From a virus (Duplodnaviria > Caudoviricetes), in the IMG/VR virus record IMGVR_UViG_3300048856_000028, positions 1 through 35,894 of that record: a stretch of 35,894 bases of DNA. The stretch is one strand, 5' to 3'. Made by a program: the position numbers and the translations under genes. Of the stretch, positions 7,088 to 14,180 are shown in pieces; positions within the stretch are counted from its first letter, which is position 1; each line of letters starts with the position of its first letter. The notes under the pieces were generated by a model that searched no databases, was not told the DNA's origin, and saw only the letters and a program-made list of their open reading frames with translations.

Positions 7088-8005
7088 ATGGCGCCCATGA
7101 AATCAATCAAGGAAATCCGCCGGGAGAAGCTCGCGGTGGCGATACGGGACAAGTGCGAAGGCAATCAGTCGCGAGCCGCGGAAGGGCTCGGCTATTCCAC
7201 GCCGTCGCTGGTGAATCGCTATTTGAACGGCGCCAAGGACATCGGCGACCGCACGGCGCGCAAGATCGAAGAAGTGTTCGGCTATCCGACGTACTGGATG
7301 GACTCTGAGGCCGCGCCCGCGGTACCGGAGGATCAGGCCTTGGAAATGGCAGCGCGAGCCGCGCTTCTATTCCGGCAAACTGCTTCCACTCCCGCCGCGA
7401 TTGCCGCGTTGGTGAAGATGCCCGTCAGCGACGTTGAGGAATGGGCCCAGGGGCTGCGTAAGCCCACGCTCGATCAGGCCATCGCCATCCAGGAGCGGTA
7501 TCAGATCAATGCCGTATGGCTCATGACAGGCAAAGGCCTGCCCTCTCCCACCATTGCCCACAACGACGACTGGAACCCGATTCCGATTCCTCAGCACGCT
7601 TACAAAAAGATTGCGGTAGTAGCAATGGCTCAGCTTGGCGACAACGGAAATTTCTGCGACCTCGAGTATCCCGTCGGCCATGGCGACGGCTACCTGCACT
7701 TCATCAGCGCCGACCCGGATGCCTACGGATTACGTTGCGCCGGCCAGTCGATGGAGCCTCGCATCAAAGACGGCGAGTTCGTCGTCGTCGCACCCAACCA
7801 TCCGGTCACGAATGGCGACGAAGTTTTGGTGAAGTCCCGCGACGGACGGGTCATGGTCAAGGTGCTCGGCTACGCCAGAGACGGGTACACGACGCTGCTG
7901 TCGGTAAACCAGACGCATAAGCCGATCCGGATCGTGTCCGCAGACATCGAGCGAATGTCTTTCATCGAGGCGATCGTGAAGCCGTCGGCCTGGCGCCCGG
8001 ACTGA
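7088..8005 (+). CDS. CI-like repressor with two tandem HTH domains and an S24 autopeptidase domain
   Basis: HTH1 (NQSRAAEGLGYSTPSLVNRYLNG...IGDRTARKIEE..WMD), HTH2 (PAAIAALVKMPVSDVEEWAQGLRKP...AVWLMTGKG), catalytic GQSMEP and VMVK. Start 7088 or 7097. Confidence 0.9.
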   Translation: MAPMKSIKEIRREKLAVAIRDKCEGNQSRAAEGLGYSTPSLVNRYLNGAKDIGDRTARKIEEVFGYPTYWMDSEAAPAVPEDQALEMAARAALLFRQTASTPAAIAALVKMPVSDVEEWAQGLRKPTLDQAIAIQERYQINAVWLMTGKGLPSPTIAHNDDWNPIPIPQHAYKKIAVVAMAQLGDNGNFCDLEYPVGHGDGYLHFISADPDAYGLRCAGQSMEPRIKDGEFVVVAPNHPVTNGDEVLVKSRDGRVMVKVLGYARDGYTTLLSVNQTHKPIRIVSADIERMSFIEAIVKPSAWRPD

Positions 8006-8157
8006 TCGGGCAGGTAGGAATTCCGTAGTCTCTTGACGGATATCTCAACCGGGGCGCGCCATTGAGCTCTGGCGATCCGGGTTCTTGATATTTACGTCAA
8101 CCTAAAAATCGGCAGCCGGTGTTGGAGCGGCTTGCACAGAAGGCCCGCCACGATATA

Positions 8158-8173
8158 CTGTACATCCATACAG
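8158..8173. promoter_or_regulatory. LexA (SOS) box
   Basis: CTGTACATCCATACAG matches CTGT-N8-ACAG; overlaps the -10 of TTGCAC-N16-TATACT. Confidence 0.85.
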
Positions 8174-8189
8174 TATTCATGAGCGCACG

Positions 8190-8453
8190 ATGCCAGCCAC
8201 CTTCCCCGCTAAGTCCGTCTCTCTCGAAATCCAATTCTTCGGAGATCTCCGGGACGAATTCCATGTGCCCTGCGATGCCGTGACCGTCCACACGAACACG
8301 ATAACAGTGCGAGGCTCTCAGGCGTGGCGCTTGGCCTCTGTCGGTTGGACGCCGGATTCCCTCTGCTTCCATTGCTACGAGCAAAGCCACCGATTCCCGG
8401 TTGGCCGTCCGACAATAGTGGACGATCGGACAGCGCGTTTTCCCTTGCTATGA
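8190..8453 (+). CDS. Small SOS-regulated hypothetical protein
   Basis: 87 aa ORF directly downstream of the LexA box and promoter. Confidence 0.55.
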   Translation: MPATFPAKSVSLEIQFFGDLRDEFHVPCDAVTVHTNTITVRGSQAWRLASVGWTPDSLCFHCYEQSHRFPVGRPTIVDDRTARFPLL

Positions 8454-8541
8454 ATGCCATGGCAATTGCGCTGGTAGCAGGTTGCGCCTTTAGACGACGC
8501 ACTTTCGCTAAAGTCGTCGCGACAACCAGACTTGCAACCTA

Positions 8542-9069
8542 ATGACAGAAATAAAACTTGCGACGGAACGAGATTTGGGCAGGCTAAGTGAGATAGAGAA
8601 ATCGGCCGCGCAAGCCTTTCTGCAAATTCCGGAATTGTCACGGCTGGCTGCTGGAGAGGTTCAGTCAATCCAACGCCACCGTGAACTCATGCTTTTAGGC
8701 TCGAACTGGGTCGCGCTTACTGATCGCAATATCTCAGTCGGCTTTCTCAGCGCTGAACGGCTGGGCGATGAGCTTCACATATGGGAATTGTCGGTTCATC
8801 GCAACCATCACGGTGCAGGGATCGGGAAAGCGCTGATGAAGCGTGCCATTCAGGAAGCGCGCGTTTGGGGTCTGCGGGCTGTGACACTGACAACGTTTCG
8901 GGACGTGCCGTGGAACGCCCCGTTTTACCAGCGTCTAGGTTTTGAAATCTTGAGTCCGGAGGAAACGGACGAGAGACTGTGCCGTGCACTTCGGCATGAG
9001 CGGGCATCCGGATTGCCAGCGGAGCGGCGTTGCGCAATGCGCTTGCTTCTCTCCAAAGTCAGCGGCTAG
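8542..9069 (+). CDS. GNAT family N-acetyltransferase
   Basis: ELSVHRNHHGAGIGKAL acetyl-CoA motif; TLTTFRDVPWNAPFYQRLGF. Confidence 0.9.
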   Translation: MTEIKLATERDLGRLSEIEKSAAQAFLQIPELSRLAAGEVQSIQRHRELMLLGSNWVALTDRNISVGFLSAERLGDELHIWELSVHRNHHGAGIGKALMKRAIQEARVWGLRAVTLTTFRDVPWNAPFYQRLGFEILSPEETDERLCRALRHERASGLPAERRCAMRLLLSKVSG

Positions 9070-9189
9070 TGGGGAGATCGCCGCCGTGCTGCGCGACCAA
9101 AGGCGCTACGACGCCAAGCGAAGGTCGGCGCCCGGCCGACGGCTTGGTGAACCGAGTATTCGTCTTAGACCCGGGTTCGCCAAAAGACA

Positions 9190-9221
9190 AAGCCCGCATG
9201 ATCTTGCAATCATGCGGGCTT
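9190..9221 (-). terminator. Terminator downstream of the tRNA-Pro 3' end
   Basis: 13-bp perfect stem AAGCCCGCATGAT/ATCATGCGGGCTT followed on the minus strand by TGTCTTTT. Confidence 0.85.
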
Positions 9222-9224
9222 CAA

Positions 9225-9272
<48 letters not shown>

Positions 9273-9291
9273 TATCTGCGCATGTGATCTA

Positions 9292-9386
9292 GATCAAGCA
9301 CTTAGCGTATTTTGTCTAACTTGGCGCCTAAAAACTAGGCACCAAGGCATGCGGCTTTCCGAGCGGTTTGGCTATCAAGTTAGACA
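9292..9386. promoter_or_regulatory. Putative att arm region (IHF-like site plus inverted arm-type repeats)
   Basis: GATCAAGCACTTA (9292-9304) is near the IHF consensus; TGTCTAACTTG (9313-9323) / CAAGTTAGACA (9376-9386) is a perfect inverted repeat. Confidence 0.55.
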
Positions 9387-9415
9387 CCTTTCCTGGCAGC
9401 CCGGCACTCGATATA

Positions 9416-9431
9416 CTGTACATCCATACAG
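9416..9431. promoter_or_regulatory. LexA (SOS) box
   Basis: CTGTACATCCATACAG, identical to 8158-8173. Confidence 0.85.
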
Positions 9432-9449
9432 TATGTTTACGAATGCATC

Positions 9450-9758
9450 ATGGGCAACAGCAAACTGGCCAACGGCTGCCAAGCCGCTTCCCATCCCGGG
9501 GCTCTGGCCGACCCTTCCCTTAACGGCATCCTTCCCCAAGTGCCAGGCGACTGCATTGCCGAGGCGAGCCTCCAATTGGCGCAGCCGACCCTGGCCGGCC
9601 CACTCCACCAGGAAGTCGAAATCGACGCCGGCCATGTCGGCCGCGTGCGTCTGTTCTTCGAACGGAAGACGGCCCGCCGCGGCAGGCATTCGCATCAGTT
9701 CTGGGCGGCGTACCGGGCAGAGCCTGTGTATGGGTCGTGGGATTCGGACGTGTCGTAG
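9450..9758 (+). CDS. SOS-regulated hypothetical protein
   Basis: 102 aa ORF after the LexA box and upstream of SRAP. Confidence 0.6.
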   Translation: MGNSKLANGCQAASHPGALADPSLNGILPQVPGDCIAEASLQLAQPTLAGPLHQEVEIDAGHVGRVRLFFERKTARRGRHSHQFWAAYRAEPVYGSWDSDVS

Positions 9759-9784
9759 ACTGGGGCGTCCAAGGAGACAGGCCC

Positions 9785-10450
9785 ATGTGCGTCAACTACA
9801 CCCCGCTTCAGCGGAAGATTTTGCGCGACATCTTCGGCGTCGAGCCGCCGCCGGGCGAATACCCGCCCGAAACGTGGCCGGACTACTTGGCGCCGATCGT
9901 GCGCGCCGACTCGGAGGGCAACCGCGCCAGCGTGCTGGCCAACTTCCAGTTCATCCCGAAGAAGCGAATACCACCAGGCGGCCGGAAGATCGACACGACA
10001 AATGCCCGATCGGAGACGGTAGGTCAGCTCAAGACGTTCAGCGGGCCGTGGAAGAGCGGGCAACTCTGCCTCATACTGATGCACAGCTTCTTCGAGCCGA
10101 ACTACGAGGCGGGGCCGAAATCGGTCCGGTACCGGATCTGGCTCAAAGATGAGCCGTCCTTCGCCGTAGCCGGACTGTGGAGGGACTGGCCCGACGGACT
10201 GGTCTCGTTCACCATGCTGACCGCCAACGCAGACAAGCACCCGCTCATGAGCCGCATGCACGCGCCTGGCACTGAGAAGCGGTCTGTCGTGATCGTGCCG
10301 CGGGACGGATGGGATGACTGGCTGACGTGCCGGGATCCGGAAACGGCGCGGACCTTCATGGGCCTGTATCCGGCCCAGGCGATGGACAGCGAGCCTGCGC
10401 CGGTACCACCGCGATCAGTACCCTCAGACGGTTCGCTGCCGCTGTTCTGA
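9785..10450 (+). CDS. SOS response-associated peptidase (SRAP/YedK/HMCES family)
   Basis: N-terminal Met-Cys (MCVNY) after AAGGAG; NARSET, FFEP, AGLW, MH..KRSVVI motifs. Confidence 0.92.
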   Translation: MCVNYTPLQRKILRDIFGVEPPPGEYPPETWPDYLAPIVRADSEGNRASVLANFQFIPKKRIPPGGRKIDTTNARSETVGQLKTFSGPWKSGQLCLILMHSFFEPNYEAGPKSVRYRIWLKDEPSFAVAGLWRDWPDGLVSFTMLTANADKHPLMSRMHAPGTEKRSVVIVPRDGWDDWLTCRDPETARTFMGLYPAQAMDSEPAPVPPRSVPSDGSLPLF

Positions 10451-10738
10451 ACCCACGGCTTAGTACGCTCGTTCGCAAGCTTCCGGCTCCCTGAGCCTCG
10501 GATTGGAAGGGATGGTGGGGAAGCGGCTGGAGCGCATACCAGTGCGGGAAGCGCCCGTTGGAGAAATAACACGCGGGCCGCAAAAAAAATTTGCGCCCCA
10601 AAAAGTGTAAAAAAGGGGCGAAAAATGATGAAAAAAGCTGCTTTTTCCGATTTCACGACCCGTTCCGCGCCAAAAAACCAGCTTGTCAAGACTGGTCAAG
10701 ACAATTCATTTCACTATACTCGGTTCATCTTTTCGTTA

Positions 10739-10760
10739 TGACCACTACATCTAGTGGTCA
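10739..10760. promoter_or_regulatory. Palindromic operator resembling an NrdR box
   Basis: TGACCACTA-CATC-TAGTGGTCA; core CACTACATCTAGTG; degenerate partner CACTATACTCGGTT 31 bp upstream. Confidence 0.45.
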
Positions 10761-11105
10761 CCGCAGGACACTATGCAGACAAGAACTGAAGGCCCTCGAT
10801 AGCCGAATCGAGTGGCCGACAAAAACAAAGGCCCTCACAGCGCTCTACTTTGGCGAGCGGACGCTGTAAGGGCCTCCAGGCACAGAGCCTCGAACCGGAA
10901 CGAGCATCAGCTTGCGCTGGGGCCCGCCCCTATTCGTGAAAAACGATGCGCTACTGCCGTTTTGCCGCGGCAAGCCTCGCGAACGTTCTTCGAGGCTCAA
11001 TTCTATGCATTGCAATGTGTTCGCGCCAATAGAACTTCGTAATTTGACGAACTGGCGCGGACGTGTTTAGTCAATTGAGCCGCCACGCGCGGCAAGGAGT
11101 CTACC

Positions 11106-11396
11106 GTGCAATACCTAGCACGAATCACCATTCATGACGGCAACTATGCCGAGTACAAGGACCTGCACGATCGCATGCAGGGTATTGGCTTCCAACGGTT
11201 TATTAAGAGCGATGGCGGAAGGTACTACCTGCTACCGGATGCCACGTATGTTGGCGAGAGTAGCGGGAATCCCATAGCTCTTCGCGACCTGATGTCGAAC
11301 CTCGCAGCTGCGGCAGCACCGTCCAAAGACGCCCCAGAGGTCCTGCTCTCTCAGAGGAGTTCGACATACTGGTCTGGCCTTAAGGAACTGACGTAG
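11106..11396 (+). CDS. DUF2622 / GhoS-like putative endoribonuclease
   Basis: YLARITIHD...YKDLHDRMQGIGFQRFIKSDGGRYYLLPDATY pattern; AAGGAG RBS, GTG start. Confidence 0.7.
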   Translation: MQYLARITIHDGNYAEYKDLHDRMQGIGFQRFIKSDGGRYYLLPDATYVGESSGNPIALRDLMSNLAAAAAPSKDAPEVLLSQRSSTYWSGLKELT

Positions 11397-11401
11397 TAAC
11401 T

Positions 11402-11429
11402 GCATGGCCGGGCATCAACCCGGCCATGC
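11402..11429 (+). terminator. Hairpin, probable terminator
   Basis: 11-bp perfect stem GCATGGCCGGG/CCCGGCCATGC right after the stop codon. Confidence 0.6.
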
Positions 11430-11548
11430 TTCCAACGTCTTCCGGTGCCGCCGCAAACCAGTTCCTAGAGCGCGCAACACCCCACTTTGTGGGGATGATT
11501 CTATGCACCAAACTGGTACGATCGGTGGCAGAAAAATAAGGAAGAACG

Positions 11549-11890
11549 ATGGAATATAAGGGTCGGGTCTTTGCCGCCGCTGCCGGCATTTTCTTTACCG
11601 CGGCCGTGGACGCTGCCACCACGACACGCTGCGTAATGTCGCCGCCGGAATACCCGGCTAGTGCGCTGCGCTCGTGGGAACAAGGGGAAGCAAGCGTCCT
11701 GATGTCACTGGCGCCGACCGGTGAAGTCGAATGGGTACGAGTAGACCGGCCGAGCGGAAATTCGGCGCTTGATGAGGCCGCCGCGGCCGCTGCATGGAAG
11801 GCGAAGTGTGCCCCCGGCCCAGCCGAACGAGTGATGTGGCCGGTGGACTACAGGATCGTCACAAAGAAGGGCCCGCAGCTGTTCCCGTAA
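11549..11890 (+). CDS. Stand-alone TonB C-terminal domain protein with signal peptide
   Basis: Signal-like N-terminus, then PPEYPASALRSWEQGEASVLMSLAPTGEVEWVRVDRPSGNSALDEAAAAAAWK; no proline-rich linker. Confidence 0.85.
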   Translation: MEYKGRVFAAAAGIFFTAAVDAATTTRCVMSPPEYPASALRSWEQGEASVLMSLAPTGEVEWVRVDRPSGNSALDEAAAAAAWKAKCAPGPAERVMWPVDYRIVTKKGPQLFP

Positions 11891-11911
11891 TCGCAGGCGC
11901 AACGGCCGTGC

Positions 11912-12157
11912 TCATCTCGGCCACACCTCCACGGTTTTCCTGTGCCGCGCCGCGCAGTCTCCAAGCGCCCCAAGAACCGTTACCACCCAGTCCTGCCACA
12001 CGTCATAGTCCTTGACCGTCGGCGCATCCGGCACCACGCATGGCGCCGCCAGCGCGCTATCTAGCGGAGGCGGCTTGCTTGGCAGCATCGACGGCATCGG
12101 AGAGCTTGCGCATCCGGAAATCGTCAGGGCGGCAATCCACAGGCAGAGGCTTCGCAT
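11912..12157 (-). CDS. Rz1-like outer-membrane spanin lipoprotein
   Basis: Lipobox ISG-C, proline-rich; overlaps the 3' end of the Rz-like gene. Confidence 0.8.
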   Translation of the reverse strand: MRSLCLWIAALTISGCASSPMPSMLPSKPPPLDSALAAPCVVPDAPTVKDYDVWQDWVVTVLGALGDCAARHRKTVEVWPR

Positions 12158-12437
12158 TCTTCATGTCCTTCCGTATCGCAGCGAGCTCGGTATGCATCGT
12201 CGTTTGGATGCCGCGGAACTCGTCAGCCTTTTCTCGGATCGTGGCACCGGCCGCTACCAGATCAGTGAGAGCAAGATTCGCGGACTTGAGATCGGCCTGA
12301 GCCCGGACCGCAGTGAGCTCGGCTATCTCCGCGTCCTTCCGCCAACCGTTGACCTGCCAGCCGGCGGCGAAGAGGCACGCAGCGAGCGCGAGGGCGGCCA
12401 TAGACCGCCACGGCACGAGAGAGAGGGTCGGCATCAT
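12057..12437 (-). CDS. Rz-like inner-membrane spanin
   Basis: N-terminal TM plus coiled coil; C-terminal PLPVDC; follows the endolysin. Confidence 0.8.
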   Translation of the reverse strand: MMPTLSLVPWRSMAALALAACLFAAGWQVNGWRKDAEIAELTAVRAQADLKSANLALTDLVAAGATIREKADEFRGIQTTMHTELAAIRKDMKNAKPLPVDCRPDDFRMRKLSDAVDAAKQAASAR

Positions 12438-12940
12438 TGGGCATCCATGCATTTGCGGTGCCGCTCGAGCTGGCGCGTCCAGACGCCGGCGCAGCGCTTA
12501 TTGCCCGGGGTGGAGCAGTCATAGCCGGCGGCGTACTTGTAGAGCAGCAGCGCATCGCACGCCGGGCCATAGTCCTTTGCAAGCAGTCGCCGGCGCATGG
12601 ACGATTTCAGCCAGTTGCCAATCCCGTACTGTCCGACGAAATCCATATACAGGTCGAACTCGTCCTGGCTCAGTTCCACCCCCGGGAGGCTCGCGGCAAA
12701 TCGCTTCTCGTCCTGCGTCAGGAGGTTCCTGGCCAGCACCGCAGCTCGCTGCGGCGTGATGCGGTCGGTCATCAGAACCGGACGGCCATCCTCGTACCGC
12801 GTCGAGCCATGCCCGATAGTTGGCACGTCGCCCCTGGTCGGGATAACGGCTCTGTCGGTAAAGCCTTCTGATGCTTGCCACCCCGAGAACCCAGCCGCCG
12901 ACATCGTCAGGAGCGCCACGGCGACCCGCTTCTTACTCAT
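12434..12940 (-). CDS. Endolysin, GH24 lysozyme with SAR-like N-terminus
   Basis: MSKKRVAVALLTMSAAGFSG then EG...DVPTIGHG catalytic E-D-T pattern; GVWTRQLERH. Confidence 0.9.
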   Translation of the reverse strand: MSKKRVAVALLTMSAAGFSGWQASEGFTDRAVIPTRGDVPTIGHGSTRYEDGRPVLMTDRITPQRAAVLARNLLTQDEKRFAASLPGVELSQDEFDLYMDFVGQYGIGNWLKSSMRRRLLAKDYGPACDALLLYKYAAGYDCSTPGNKRCAGVWTRQLERHRKCMDAQ

Positions 12941-13151
12941 GGCTGGGCATCCCCAAAGCGCGCAATCGCGCCGCATGTTCCTCCGACTCGCGCCTGTCCT
13001 TTCGACGCATAAAGACGGCATTGAGCACGAAGGTTGCGACGCCGAAGATGATGCCCAGAATCACGCCAATATCGTTGAGCGTGAGCGACGACAGCACGGC
13101 CACTATGCTGCCGGCGTAGCTGGATACTTCTGCGGGATTGGTTTGCCGCAT
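12933..13151 (-). CDS. Holin
   Basis: 72 aa, hydrophobic segments, charged C-terminus; overlaps the endolysin start. Confidence 0.8.
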   Translation of the reverse strand: MRQTNPAEVSSYAGSIVAVLSSLTLNDIGVILGIIFGVATFVLNAVFMRRKDRRESEEHAARLRALGMPSHE

Positions 13152-13162
13152 GGAGGGACCCC

Positions 13163-13191
13163 AAAAAGAAAAAGCCCGCTCTGAGGCGGGC
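13163..13191 (-). terminator. Intrinsic terminator between tail and lysis genes
   Basis: Minus strand GCCCGCCTCAGAGCGGGC followed by TTTTTCTTTTT. Confidence 0.7.
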
Positions 13192-13212
13192 GCGGTACTG
13201 TGGGAATCAGTC

Positions 13213-13890
13213 TTACTGACTGGTGAAGTCGAGCACAAGGTAGGCCCCATAGTCGGAGCCCCCTTCGAACATGTTGTACTGCGGGTCCGGGTTCGGACCT
13301 ATCACTTGGATGTTTGCGTAGGTGGTCCGCACGACGCCACCTGAAGCGCTGGCGAACGTGGAGTCATAGGTGTACAGCCATTGGAAAGGTGGACTGGATC
13401 CTATGGGGCCCTCCCGGGCGCGCCACTGGCGACGTGCTTGCACTACCGCGACACGTCGTCCATAGTCGAAATTCACCCCTGCAACATTCTCACCCTGAAT
13501 GAAATCGACAATGCGCATATACGGCATCAGTGCATCAAATACCAACTCGCCGGCCGCATTGAATACCTGCATGCCGTATGTGCTTCCCGATGGCGGGGAG
13601 ACACGGAACACCACAATGTTTATGGTGCCCGGCCCACCTATCTTGAAAAAGCGATAGCGAACTGTCGAACCAGATACCGATAACACCGAATGGCATGCGA
13701 AGTCCGAGTCCACGTAGCCAATGAAGGCATCGACCCCGTAAGGGAGATCCACGTCAGCGTAACAAGCGTTCGAGACTTGCGTGTTGCAACTGATCGCTCG
13801 CGTCTCGTACATCAGGTAGTTCTTGTAGTTTTGATCTATCTGCAGGAAGTCGTTTTGGTTCCACACCTGAATCCCGGCTGTCGGCATCAA
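13213..13890 (-). CDS. Tail tip accessory / putative receptor-binding protein
   Basis: AGIQVWN...LQIDQNY and YGMQVFNAAGELVFD repeats, typical of genes after J. Confidence 0.65.
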   Translation of the reverse strand: MMPTAGIQVWNQNDFLQIDQNYKNYLMYETRAISCNTQVSNACYADVDLPYGVDAFIGYVDSDFACHSVLSVSGSTVRYRFFKIGGPGTINIVVFRVSPPSGSTYGMQVFNAAGELVFDALMPYMRIVDFIQGENVAGVNFDYGRRVAVVQARRQWRAREGPIGSSPPFQWLYTYDSTFASASGGVVRTTYANIQVIGPNPDPQYNMFEGGSDYGAYLVLDFTSQ

Positions 13891-14180
13891 AAAACCCCAT
13901 ATGCGATAAAGATGGGCAGCCTAGAAATGGGGGCCAGCCCGCCAAAGCTCCATGAAAGCGTGGTCCCAGAGATGGACACGGAGGGCTCGGCTTTTGCTAC
14001 GTTTGCGCCATCGCCATTAGGCGTCACAAGAAACCAAGGCTCACCAAGAGCCAATGCAGGGTCGCTAATCGCGCCATCAGCCGTTCCGGTGTACTGCGTC
14101 CCGATGTACCGTGTGATTCGGTCGGTAAGGCTGAGCCGCAACACGCCGGACGCGTTATAAACCTCCAGGCCGGCCGCCAT
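13887..14180 (-). CDS. Small tail tip accessory protein
   Basis: MAAGLEVYNASGVLRLSLTDRITR...IAYGVF; directly after J. Confidence 0.65.
   Translation of the reverse strand: MAAGLEVYNASGVLRLSLTDRITRYIGTQYTGTADGAISDPALALGEPWFLVTPNGDGANVAKAEPSVSISGTTLSWSFGGLAPISRLPIFIAYGVF

Larger units (their letters stand above)
1..8005 (-). mobile_element. Headless prophage-derived contractile-tail element (tailocin-like) with repressor, replication and late-control genes; continues beyond window start
   Basis: Order is repressor(+) / initiator, DnaB, Q-like, late promoter, tail terminator, sheath, tube, chaperone, tape measure (all -). No terminase, portal, capsid or integrase at the expected positions. Confidence 0.8.

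Noticed and set aside
8006-8150. Second degenerate att site for an older prophage
   Set aside because: Only a 7-bp CGGGGCG match to the tRNA end; insufficient evidence
10102-10869. ORFs 10102-10689(-), 10460-10699(-), 10591-10869(+)
   Set aside because: Phe- or Lys-rich translations produced by A/T tracts; no RBS or recognisable domain
10450-11396. CRISPR-like mini-array beside the Cas2-fold (GhoS-like) gene
   Set aside because: Repeats are only 8-9 bp in two copies, with no regular repeat-spacer period and no cas genes
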